Origin: Eledone cirrhosa
Taxonomy: Eukaryota
DNA length: 64,000 nt
Assembly: GCA_964016885.1 (NCBI GenBank)
Contig: OZ024746.1
Span: 40,610,001-40,674,000 of the forward strand
Direction: 5' to 3'
The position numbers and the translations under genes are program-made. The notes beneath the pieces were generated by a model, which saw only the letters and a list, made by a program, of their open reading frames with translations, ran no database searches and was not told the DNA's origin. Below are positions 49,891-63,600 of the stretch, one piece after another. Position 1 is the stretch's first letter. Every line of letters begins with the position of its first letter.

Positions 49891-50328
49891 CTGACTGACG
49901 TTTTTAGTATCCTCCCATCATTCTATCTTTTATTTGAATTCCCTAATTGGAAAATATTCAAATGCTTCATTTCATTGATACATATTACACTAAATAGTTC
50001 AGTGTAAGTTATAATTAATACAATTGAGTAATACCACATATACTCATTTTAAATAATTTTCATCTGTCACCTGGACATATCACATATACACATTTTAAAT
50101 AATTTTCATGTCACCTGGACATGTAAAGTAATGTTTCATTTCATCTTTTGAAAGCCAATTTAGAACTGAAAAAATAGTTTATAGAATTTACTAGTGTAGT
50201 TAAGAAATACCCCATTATATTGGGACTTGTTATCACCATCAAACTAGAAGTACTATTCAATGTAGTAGACTTAATTTATAGAATATCTAAACTATTAGAG
50301 TAGGATGTAATTATTTTAATCATATTAA

Positions 50329-50514
50329 CCCTTTACATTATTCTATATTTACTATTGTATTTTCACAAAAAAGGCTTTATCTTACAAAATATCAAATCTA
50401 TGAGATTTTGAGAACAATACCTTAACGTCAATGTGAGCAGCCAATTATGACCGGTTTGAACTGAAAGGGGTGAGAGAATTTTGGGCGGATATGGCTGGTT
50501 TAAATGCTAAAGGG
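50329..50514 (+). mobile_element. TTAA piggyBac-type MITE copy downstream of the CTDP1 stop
   Basis: TTAA|CCCTTTA...GCTAAAGGG|TTAA. Confidence 0.82.
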
Positions 50515-52510
50515 TTAAAGTATTTCTGTGTTGCAATTTTCTCATTTGCAATAATTCAATTATTGTATATTATGATTACTGATGACTTGTCTACATTTTG
50601 ATTAATAAGAATAATTACATCTTAAAGAGGATGCCTCACATTTATTTAGCTTTGGTGAATATAGACTTGGCCATGTCATCAGTCAGTTTCCAATGTTCAT
50701 TGGCTGTTTCAACTCTGAACCATAATAATAGTATGTTGTATACATAAATAAGAAATTAATGATCCTAGTGTCTTGCTGAAGTAAATTTTGTCTCAATGCT
50801 TCGGGGTTGGGTTGATTAAATGAGATAGAATTGTTTCTATATTGCTGAAAAAATATTATCAAAATAAATCAATATTTATCTATCTTAAAATTACACTTAC
50901 TCATTACAACATTCATTATTTCATGAACTTTCTTCATCACATGATATCACATCATAAAATCTACTGTATTTATAGAAGTAATTTGAAATGTACATTGTAT
51001 TATCAAGCTTGTGGTGAAAAATCACGCCACATCTATTTCACATATTGCAATCCTCTGACTTGATAAAATTCCCTTTTGATTTTGTGGGATTTTTTTTGTT
51101 CTTTTCATTTGACAATTCATCTAATATAATTATGGTCACCATGGAAGAAATCAATACTTGACAGTAAAATATTTTATACATTCTCATTTATCTTTATCTT
51201 CATTGCATTTACTGAGTCTAAATTTTATCAATACTATTTTGCTGATTTAAAAAAAAAAAAACATAGCTGAATACATTTTTCACATACTTTAACTCTTAAT
51301 GTCCTGTATCACATAAAACCATATTAGCAAAGACAGTTGAAAAGCAAAAAAACAGCACTATGGCTGCTTCACATTAAGAATTAAAGTTTTTAGTCTCAAA
51401 CTGAAAATTATCACAACCTGTTTAGATATTTTCTGCTAAATCATTACAGGATGTTATGGGTTAAGATTCCTGTTAGAGCATATTCTTTATTCAACTAATC
51501 CTTTGTAAGAATAACCCCTTGTTTGAACCATTCTTTATTTCTTAATTTCATGAATGTTTGGCTAGTTTTCATAGTTTCAAGATAAATACTTTAAAAATTA
51601 TTTATATATATCATGTTTTGAGAAAAATAGAGTTTGCTTAGGTTTTTTAGTGGGTCAATTACTGGTTCATTAATTTCCTATATTGAGGGTATCTGAAATA
51701 CAAGGTAGTTTTTGTTTAAAAGCATATACATTGACAGGAAAATCGAGTGTATCGAGCTCCACAAAGTTTTAAAACACGATAACTGAACTTGAATGCAAAC
51801 TAATCTATACAATACCAATGCCATCCACAACCCTACCCCACCAACATACTGCACAAATCATAAAGTAAAAACCAATCACGCCCTTCAAAATCATACCCAA
51901 ACACTCCCAGCATAAAAACAACCAACCTGCACCAATTACTGGCATGGGGGTGATAGGCATCAGCAGGCTGCAGTCCTCATATTACATAGTTTCTATGTCT
52001 CTTCCTCTTTCTTGACATACATATCACCTAGTATTTCTTTAACTGAACTAATAAATAATCGAAGTGCTGGTATGGCTGTGGTGAAGAAGTTTGATTCACA
52101 ACCATGTGTTCAACCTGGGCAAATGTTTTAACTGTAGCCTAGGTTCATTGTAATATTACATAGACACACATACATGTGTAACCAAGTTTGTGCTTATGTT
52201 TATTGATATAAGAACTGTTCTGTTAAAATGTTAACTTAGCCATTCAATAAAGTACAGGGTTTGATATGATATAGTAAAATCTTTTACTCTATAACTAGAA
52301 TCCAATGAGTGAAACCAGTAAAAAGAATACTATTTGATAATTAAATCAGATAGTTATTTCATTTGATCAATACATCTTTGTATTGTAGTAGCGTTTCAAG
52401 TGACGTCTATCAGTATTCTAAAATCATAACTAAATGAAAGATAAGACGATAGAACAAGTTGTTAATAAAATAATTTTAATAATCAGGGACAACAGAAATT
52501 AGAATTAAAC

Positions 52511-55500
52511 TTAGTGAAGTGAGATGGATACCAAAACTACTGTAACATTATCGGCAGTGAGTCGCAGGATTGCCTCATTGACAAGTCTCTGGCAAGCTGC
52601 TTCATAACGCATTTCTTCAGCACATTTGCTACTGTTGCCTTCAATTGATTTATCCTAAAAGAAAGAAATCAACAATATAGTGACTTTTATATTTTGGTGA
52701 AGTATAAGTTGATATAGACTTGACACCCATATATATATATATATATATATAATATTTTTCTTTACACTGAAAATGTGGTTGGTGTTAAGAAGAGCATCCA
52801 GCTATAAAATAGCCAAATTTACAGTCCTCGCCGGAGCAAGGTGCTACATGGCCAGACTTGCCTCCCAACGTGGACAACCCATCTAACTCTTGCAAACATG
52901 GGAAAATGGATGTCAAACGGTGATGACAATCCTACCTAACAACTAAACACAACTAGCTTGAATTAGCCAAAAAATCCACTAGACAAAATCCAATTACACA
53001 GTTAAATAAAATTTATATTAAAATCAAAACCAACCCACTATATAGTAGCAAGAGTGCTAACTTCATCGGGTCAGAATCATCCTCAATATCTGGTTTCTCT
53101 CGAGTTGTGGTTACCAGATAAATTAATTGTTTCTACTATTGGCACAAAGCCAGAAATTACCTAGATAAATTAATTCCATATACTATGTAGTGCACCAAAT
53201 ACTTAAACCTATCAACAGAAAACAGTTTCCTTAGGTAGGTAGTGAGCTCAGGTTTCTACAGCATTAGGTGAAAGGGAAAGAAATTGTCTTCTGAATCCAT
53301 CATTGTTTAATGCTTGCATGAGTTAGATGGGTTTTCATGTTATGAGACCACATTTTGCTCATACTGATCTGTATTTTGGCTTGTTTTCTACAACTGGCCG
53401 CTCTTCCTAATGCCAACCACATTACAATGTGGACTGGGTGCTTTATGCTATTTATATTGCAGGTAACTTTTTCTCAAAGACCAAGCACTTTTCTGCAGCT
53501 AGGTGATTTTGGGTATGTAAAATAAAGTATTTTGCCTAGAGACACAATGATACCACTTGCAGTAAAATTTAACTCATGATCCATGAACTGGTATATTAAT
53601 AGCTCATCTGGTTGTTTATTTTACTTTTATTAACAATACTTAGTATAGGTGTTTATATTTATCACTTTGAAATTGTGAGCCACTAACTAGATAACATAAA
53701 GCAGTATCTTCTCTTTGCTGTCTTGGTCAAAATGGAAGTTCACATCTACAACATTCACTTTATACAGAAGTGAAACTCTTTCAGGCATTATTTTTCAAAA
53801 AATATTTTTTAGTTTAGTCAGGGAAGGAAAGGCAATTCCCATGACTGTTTTCAGACTTAGGAAGGAGGAAGGTATCCATAAACCAGTGACCTGGTCCAAA
53901 TGCTTGAAACAAAATAAACTCTGCTAAAGGCACCCAAGGGCCAGGTGGTGGTGTTTAGGATTTGAACTCAGAGTTCAAAGAACTGGAAGAAGTACTGTAG
54001 GTGTCTCATCTAACAATACCCTGCTCAAGATTTATCAACCACAAAAAGATAAAAAGCAAAGCTGAACTCAGACCTCAGAGAATTGGAAGGCATTTTGTCT
54101 TACACTCTAATGACTGTCAATTTGTTGCCTATATTCACTATTTATATTCTAGTTTTTGTAAATAAAAGAAATATAAGTAATTTATGAAAGTCAAAACTAC
54201 TCAGTTCAAACTGATAAAATGCTCCCAGTACATACTATAAAGTGGTTGGCATTAGGAAGGTAATCTAGCCATAGGAGCTAAGTTAAAAACAGAGTGTACA
54301 AGCAAGATATGGTCACCTGACAACCCATTTAATCCGTGTAAACATAGAAAATAGATGTTAAAAATAGGCAGTGATGATGATTAGGCTTATGGATATTCAA
54401 GTATTAAAATATTTTCCTTGAAGTGAGATAGAGAAACAGCACCAATGTGTAATCCCTTTAGCATTTAAACCGGCTGTATCCGGCCAGAATTCTCTCACCT
54501 CTTTCTGTTCAAACCAGCCGTAACTGGCCATTCATACTGATATTAAGGTATTGTTCTCAAAATAAATAATATCAAAATCTCATAGATTCAATATTATGTA
54601 AAATAAAACCTTTAACATGAAAATACAATAGTAAATATAGAGTAATGTAAATGCTACAGGGTTAAACTTGGACTATTGATTTCAATCTTCTCTGGTTCAT
54701 TTATCAGGATATGAAAGTAAAGGAAATATAAGCTAATCTCATGGTAATTGAAACATCTGACATTTACCTCTAAAACATTGCAAACAAACTGGATACATTC
54801 TTCTGGAGTTAAAGATTTCCAAAGCCCATCACAAGCAATGATAAAAAACCTGAAAGACAACAGATTCAAAGTCATTATCGGTATTCATATCTTGAAGAAT
54901 TTTTAAGTAGATATTAATAAATAATGGTTTCTGATTTAGGCACAAGGCCAGCAATTTTGAGAGAGAGGGAAAGTCGATTAAAATCGACCCCCAGTGTGAC
55001 TGGTACTTTATTTTATCAACCCTGTAAGGATGAAAGGCAAAGCTAACCTCGGCAGATTTGACTTCAGAACATAAAGGAATGTAACTTTATGCCGCGAAGC
55101 AAGTTGTCTGACACTACCAACATTGCTAATAAATCATAGAATCCTGCTTTGATTCTCTAGGTTAAGTTTGTCGAGTGACTGCACCTCACTCAGATATTCC
55201 ATTCTGGCATAGTTTCTATGGCTGGAGGCCCTTCCAAACATTAAACACTTCAGTGTGTAGAGGTTGATTTTTATTGAGGACCGGCATTACTATCTGAGAG
55301 GGTGGACTGGGTGCTTTTTATCATGGTACCAGCATTACCACCTGAGGTGGACTGGGTACATTTTATCATGGCACCAACACTAGCACTTTACAGAGTATGC
55401 TGGTTATACTTTATCATGGCACCAGCACCACTACTTTACAGTTTGAGTTGAGTGCATTTTATTGTGGCACCAGTTCAAATTTTAATTTTCTTACTGTTTG

Positions 55501-58500
55501 ACCTATTTAATATTTATCAATGTAATTTAGAAGTGAATTTAGAAAAATAGAACATTTTTACCGATCATTGTCAGTTAGCTGGCATTTCCTTACATCAGGT
55601 ACACTAATGACACCATGATTCTTATACTGTCCATCTCCTAGGGAACGGGAGATCTCTAAAATACCCATCACACGACCATCTCTTCAGGGAATAAAAAGAA
55701 ACATCAATAAAAAAAAAAATCTAACAAGAAAGTAATAATTGTTTCTACTTTAGGCACAAGGCCAGAAATTACCCAGTACATTACTGGTACTTTATTTTAT
55801 CGACCCCCGTAAGGATGAAAGGCAAAGTTAACCTCAGCGGGATTTGAACTCAGGCTGTAAAGAGACGTAACTATGCTAGAAAGCATGGCATCCAACCCTC
55901 TACCGATACTACCAATTCACCGCAAGAAAGTAATAATAAAATATCAGAATGTATTATCACCTGAGAAGGTGGACTGGGTGCTTTTTTATTGTGGCACCAG
56001 TATTATCACCTGAGAAGGTGGACTGGGTGCTTTTTTATTGTGGCACCAGTATTATCACCTGAGAAGGTGGACTGGGTGCTATTTAATGTGGCACCAACAT
56101 TATCACCTGAGAAGGTGGACTGGGTGCTATTTAATGTGGCACCAACATTATCACCTGAGAAGGTGGACTGGGTGCTTTTTTATTGTGGCACCAGCATTAT
56201 CACCTGAGAAGGTGGACTGGGTGCTATTTAATGTGGCACCAACATTATCACCTGAGAAGGTGGACTGGGTGCTATTTAATGTGGCACCAACATTATCACC
56301 TGAGAAGGTGGACTGGGTGCTATTTAATGTGGCACCAACATTATCACCTGAGAAGGTGGACTGGGTGCTATTTAATGTGGCACCAACATTATCACCTGAG
56401 AAGGTGGACTGGGTGCTATTTAATGTGGCACCAGCATTATCACCTGAGAAGGTGGACTGGGTGCTATTTAATGTGGCACCAACATTATCACCTGAGAAGG
56501 TGGACTGGGTGCTATTTAATGTGGCACCAACATTATCACCTGAGAAGGTGGACTGGGTGCTATTTAATGTGGCACCAACATTATCACCTGAGAAGGTGGA
56601 CTGGGTGCTATTTAATGTGGCACCAACATTATCACCTGAGAAGGTGGACTGGGTGCTATTTAATGTGGCACCAGCATTATCACCTGAGAAGGTGGACTGG
56701 GTGCTATTTAATGTGGCACCAACATTATCACCTGAGAAGGTGGACTGGGTGCTATTTAATGTGGCACCAACATTATCACCTGAGAAGGTGGACTGGGTGC
56801 TATTTAATGTGGCACCAACATTATCACCTGAGAAGGTGGACTGGGTGCTTTTTATCGTGGCACCAGGATTACCACTTTATAGAGCGAGCTAAATATATTT
56901 CATCGTAGCACCAACATTACTACTTTACTTATAAAATGAATTTCATATTTAGCCAGATGTAAATATTTCTATGATCTTTACCAATAAATGTTCCAAATTA
57001 TATATATAATATATTACTTAACATGGCCTCCAGCTTTTTGAATTCGCATTCTTTCTTCATAAACAGTTGGATGGTGTTCAGTGGTTAGTGGTACTGCAAT
57101 ATATTGTTGATTGTCTTCTTTGTATCGACATAATATTGCCTGAAAATAACAACAAATATGATGCAATAAACCCATTATATATACGTTTTTATGTTTTCAC
57201 ATTTAAACCGGCCAATATCTGGTCAGAGTTCTGCCACCTCTTTCTGTTCAAACTGGCCATAACCGGCCACATATACTGATGTTAAGGTATTGTTCTCAAA
57301 ATTAATATCAAAATGTCATAGATTTGATATTATGTGAGGTAAAACCTTCACCGTGGAAATACAATAGTATATAATGTAAATGCTAAAGGGTTAAATAAGG
57401 AACTGTACCATTTGTTGTAAAATAGTGAGTGTCTAAAACAAAAGAGTGAAAATAACACACAAAATGTATTTAAGTTAACAACAACAACCATTTTAAGGTA
57501 TTTCCCTGCTTAGCCCTTTTCATACCAAACAGCTCAAAACTCTTTGATTTATGATATGTTTATTCTTATAATAAAACCTTCCAACATCATTTATTTTAGA
57601 AATTTTTGTTACATAATCTTCAAAATATCAGCTGTCTAATGAAATATTAAGCTGTTTTATTAAATACCTCAAAATTGTTTGGTTATTTTCAAAATGAATT
57701 AAACTACACAGGCAGTGAATTTCATTAGAAATATGGTATTAAAAGGGTAAAGTAGGAAGTTAGTCATGCAGGTCCCATGATATGTTTCATATTTATCATG
57801 GAGTACTTTTTGAGGCAATGTTTTACAGTTGGATGCCCTTCCTGATGTCAACCCTTTTAGTTGCTTCTTAAAACATACAGGAATATAGTGTATCTATTCT
57901 AAAACTAATATTTTACTTATATCCAACAGTTAAGATAATTTTAAAAAAAGAGGATTCAACAATGTTTTATGTAATTTAAAGGCGAAATGAATTGATTTAA
58001 CATGTCACTATTAAATTATCAGTGATTAATTTCCTTACCAATAATAACTCATTATCTAAATATATTTAAGAACATATGCCAAGAGAGATTTGAATTAGCA
58101 AAGCGCCCAGTCCACGTTGTAAAGTGGTCATGTCAGTGACATGACAATAAGTGCCCAGCCCACACTGTAAAGTGATCATGTAGGTGATGCCACAAAAAGC
58201 ATCCAGCACACACTGTAAATGTGGTTGGCGTTAGGAAGGGCATCCAGCTGTAGAAATCAAGCCAAAATCAGCCCTGGGTGAGTGAAACATAGTCCTCTGA
58301 CCTGTTTCTCTCCCAAAGGGTCAGTCCATCCTCCCTATGCTAGTGTGGAAAATGGACATTAACCGCTGATGATAATTACAAGATTTATGAGACTGGAAAT
58401 TGCTGTGTAATGACAGGATAAACATGAGGGATGAGAATGATATTTCAAAAAGACTATACCTTGCTGTCTCCTAAATTGGATATGTACAAGGTATCATTTA

Positions 58501-60641
58501 TTGCTGATACAACTGTTGCAGTGGAGCCATCTTTCCATGCAGGTTTACTTCAGAATATAAAATAAACCAAGAGTAAATAGAGATTAGATTTTAGAAGAAA
58601 CCCCACCAACTATACGGTCTTATGTTTACACACTTAAATAAGAAACTATATCATTTGTTGTAAAACAGTGAGTGTCTAAAACAAAAGGATGAAAATAATA
58701 CACGAAAAGTATTTTATAATTTTCAGTGATTAGACAATGGCCAAGCTGGGGCATACCCTTGATTTAGTTGTACTTTTTTTAAAATTCAAGTCTGCGACTT
58801 GTTTCATTGAACCACTAAATTGTGGCAAATAAAGACACAAACGTAAACACAGTCACAGACACACACAAGGCATTGGTGAACCCAAGGCTATAGTAGAAGA
58901 TACTTGCTGAAAGTACTGTGTAGCAAGATTGAATCCATAGCCACATGGTTATGAAGCAAACCCCTTAACCACAATAGAATAATTATATGCTAATTTGAAG
59001 AAATGAGAAGTGATTTCTTAGATAAATAAGATTATGTAAATTAGTTCACCATAATTTTATACTTGAATCATGGGTCTGTGATTTTGAAGTTCACATCTAA
59101 GGTATATAGTTCTGAGTTCAATCACTAGACATTCTTGATACCAAATACATTCTCACAAGACAAAAACCATTCAGAAATATATCAGTTAAGGAATATTGGA
59201 TCTACATATGGTACAGTACCAGAGGTAATGTAGAATTATCAGAAGAAAATAACAATTTTATAACAAACAATGTGGTGAGCAGTAAACCCTTAAAATATGA
59301 TTTAATAGTTGAGTTATTTAAAGTAGTGCTGCACCCAGTCTTCCCTGTAAAGTGGTCATACAGGTGCCATAACAAAAAGCATCCAATCAGACATCATGTG
59401 AAGCTCAAATTTTCGAACTTATTAAGCACTGTAGAAATAAATTTATAAGAAGAAGCTGACACAGAAAATAGCTGCAATCACAGTCAATTGCTATAAAATA
59501 GTTTATAAAAATCAGGTAATTGTAGTTATTTTCTGCACCTCAGCTTTCTACATCTTATAAATTGATGTTTATATAAAAACAGCAACTTCCACAGAATTAC
59601 TTCCTAAAACAATTCCTAAAATTGTTATATTCAAACATCTAAATATAATAGGGAACAGAAAAACATCATTGAGTTATGGAAGATGAATTACTTTTTAGCA
59701 GCAACTGTCAGATAATCTCTGTCAGTTTGTCTGTAAGCCTCGATGAAACATCTTTTAATTTCTTTTTCCACCCGTTTAATATCACCTGAAAATATATAAC
59801 ATTAGCAATAAATACATTATACAACTGTAAAGGTATATTTTTATAACAAAGCTCATGGAAAGCATGAAGTATATTATAAATGTGCATGTTATATAAAAAG
59901 ATGGACTTCGTTTTTGATGAAGGAAGAGAAATGTTAGCTAGATATTAAGTGACATGTTTACAAGATATGTAGCTATGATATATGTAGTTCATTCTACATT
60001 TATTGTAGCAGTATGAGATAGATACCATGTAAGCTGCCTTTTTTAGTGTCAATCAAATTATTGAAAACATTTCAGGATACATGGAAAGAACACATAAATC
60101 TAAGTATCATAAGTTCTATATTAGACTGCTAGTAAAAGTTGAATGTATTATTAATGTTGGTAAACTAGAATAGTGTGTTAAACAGTGAGTAGGAATTTAA
60201 TAAATTGGAAATAATATTCTGAATAATTACATTACCAAATGTTGGACTCAACAACCTGAAGTATCAGAAGACCTTGCTATTTGACAAGTTTCTCCCCAAT
60301 CATGGATAATGAATAATAACTGAATTATTAAACTAACATTTTTTTTTAAGTTTCATTTTTATACTTTTTTAAAAAGTTATTTTTAAATAAAAACTGTATA
60401 TGAAAGTAGGAATGTATTGAAAGATTGTTTTGTTCCAAAGTAGCAGTGGTTTGCAGCAGCCTGATGGGCAGTATATTACCCTTAGGAAAAACTGTTCTGA
60501 GATTCTTGTGTAAGTGTTTGGCGGCAAAGCATGCTGCTCGAGATCCACCATGGCCATCAAACACACCATACACAGCCAACCTGCAACTGGAAAAAGAAAA
60601 AAGAAAAAGGAGAAACCATAAATACATAAAAACACAAGATG

Positions 60642-60684
<43 letters not shown>

Positions 60685-63600
60685 GGTATATCTATGGCCA
60701 CTGCCTTCAGTCGTTTTTCTTGGTGTCACACTTTTTAACTGTTGTGTTTACTCAGGACGATAATGCATTTATAATGGGACGTTTGCATGTGTGGTTGTAA
60801 ATTGAAGTTCTGACTGTAGTAGGAGAGGAAATGATGATGATTATGCATATTGGTTGTAGATAATTCTGGTAGTTTACCAATGTGTACATCTGTGGGAAAG
60901 CAAATGTGTTTTATATCGTGGAGAAAGTGATTTCCCTGATCACATCACTAGGGTTATGGAGGAAGAACAAAAACGCCTGCTACATTTATATGTTATTTAT
61001 TGTGAAGTATTTCACAATGGACACACATTTTGTCATAACCACGTATGAACAACAAACAACAAAGAGAATTTGTGTACACGAAGAATGTGCGTGAGATATG
61101 TTTGGGTAGGATGAATGTGTGTGTGTACAGCGATACAACTAACTTGCTGTATAGAAGTGGCTGGCTGTTATTTCTTGTGGCTCTGCTCACAGGAAGGCCA
61201 GAGAGATATTGTCTGTGATTATGGTTCCTTTGTTGATGTATTAAAATGCTGCTGAGCCCTGGTCGGGAGAGGGCTACATCTCGTTAGTGGCTTGATGGGT
61301 CGATAGATGCGTCTGTTGCAAGGGACAAGAGCAGACTGACATGTTTATTATTCAAAGATTCCCAGTCAAGTGGCCGAAAGAACCTATTTCTCTTTCACCT
61401 AAAAAGACTTCTCACTTAAGACAAGCTGACGCTAAATAGAGATAACAGAAAATGACAGCAAGGTGTCATCCGAGGACAAATGTGTGAATAGATTTCACTA
61501 CATATTAACTTTTCACTCCATTAAATGCTTTGTGATTGCCTCAAACACCATTATTTATAGTGATCGACTATTATTATGATCAATTGTGTTGGGACACATA
61601 TTTGGAAATTTCATTGGCCATAAGTTAAATACCACATCACAGGTATTATACCATGAACCTTGAACATGATACATATCCTCTTCATCATTGTTTTTATGTC
61701 TACTTTTCCATGTTGGTATGAGTTGGGCGAAGAGTTTTGATGCAGTTTTTCTACAATTAGATGTTTTTCCTGACATCAAACCATACGTTGTTTCATAAGT
61801 ATGGTCAATGGTATATGATGCTCATCTTCAGGGACTTCTATGTTATGTGACTTATTACATAGAAATTCCGTTATAACAAAATTCACGGGGTATAAAAAAA
61901 ATTTGTTGTAACGAAAAATTCTTTATAGCGAGATTGACCTAACACATTAAGCATTTGGCCAGGGATTGAAAAAAATTTCGTTATACTGAAAAATTTGTTA
62001 TAATGGAATTTTACCTGTACTTACATTGGGACATAAACAAATATCACAGCTATTAAAATAATTTTATGAAAAACAAAAAAGCATTAAACTTACATAGATG
62101 GATGTAGATCATCGAAATCGGTAGTAAAATCATTGAGTAGAATATGTGCATCTTGCATTTCATCTCTTTCGCCTTTCATTTCTTTTACATAACCTTTTAA
62201 ACAATAATTAACTGAAACAACAAACATGATTAAAGGTAAACGATATAGAGAGAGATGGTAGTTGTATATAACTAATACATTATAATCTGTTTACAATACT
62301 TACCGTATATATTCATATATAAGCCAAGAAATATGTGACCCCCAAAAAAATTGATGGTTGAATAGGGGAAGTGGAGGTTAACTTATATTCGAGGTCAATA
62401 TTTTGCTGATTTTACCAAGTAAATGAGGTGCTAAAATATTTTCACTTTGGAGGTGAATATTACACCAGTTTCAATTTGGAGGAAGGGGGAGCCAAAACTA
62501 AAATCTATGATTTTTATATAGCTCTCTATCCTTCATTATTAAGTGGATTGGCAGTGTCGGTAGAGGGTCGGGCGCCATGCTTTGACGCATAGAGTTACGG
62601 TCCTTGCCATTCTGAGTTCAAATCCCGCCGAGGTTAACTTTGCCTTTCATCCTTACGGGGTCGATAAAATAAAGTACCAGTAATGCACTGGGTAATTGCT
62701 GGCCTAGTGCCAAAAGTAGAAACAATTATTAAAAGATACTTTAATAGCAAGTGCTCATTACTGTCAGCAACGATTTGCGTTGGACAAAGCATGTCTCTAA
62801 GATTGTCAAGAAGGCCGAGGGTGTCTTGGCATCACTCAGCAAGACCTTTGTTAGCCGCTCTCCAGCCATCTATTTAAAGCTGAATACAGCTATGGTACGA
62901 CCACACTTGGAATTCGCATCATCAGTCTGGAACCCCTATCTTGCTCAGAACATTGACCTCCTGGAAACTGTTCAGAGACGTGCAACCAAGCGCATACCCT
63001 CCATCAGACACCTACCATACTCTGAACGCCTTGCTTCCCTGGGCATGGATTCATTGAAGCTCCGACGTCTGGCAATGGACTTGGTGAATACCCACAAAGT
63101 TTTTAACCATCTCGCCAATTGCAACCCTGAGCGCCTCTTTGATCTTCATGTGTCTAACACACGTGGACATGCCTACAAGATCAGAAAACAGCACAGCTCC
63201 CATGACTTTCGTAGACATTTTTTCACGCTCAGAGTTGCTGAAGCATGGAACAAACTGCCTGCGTCAGTTGTTAGCTGCCGAGACACTGCATCCTTTAAGA
63301 CACTCATGCTTCCCGAAATACGCCAAAACTACACCTGATGTACGCCTTCCATACACATGCACACGTGTGTATTATGACTCGTGCACTGTTCATTTTACTG
63401 ATGTTTGTGCATTGCCCTATGTACTGTACATGCACTTTTTTGATGAGTTGTGGTGCACCTGGGCACTGTACACAATATTTCATTATTGTTATTATTATAT
63501 CATGACTCATACACTGTTCATTTTCCTGACATTTGTACATTATTCTATGTACTATACATGCACCTTTTATGAGTTGTAGTGCACCTGAGCACTGTACACA

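Noticed and set aside
55989-56908. ORFs with 16-aa repeats (APTLSPEKVDWVLFNV and WHQHYHLRRWTGCYLM)
   Set aside because: They follow from a stop-free 48-bp unit that is open in two frames, SINE-derived and antisense within an ILKAP intron.
60690-61500. Possible Penelope-like or ribozyme-bearing element in an ILKAP intron
   Set aside because: Only isolated stems (agccct/agggct) and partial CTGA motifs are present, with no complete core or recognisable peptide.
62543-62630. tRNA gene
   Set aside because: A and B boxes are present, but there is no cloverleaf and the sequence continues into a multi-copy SINE body.
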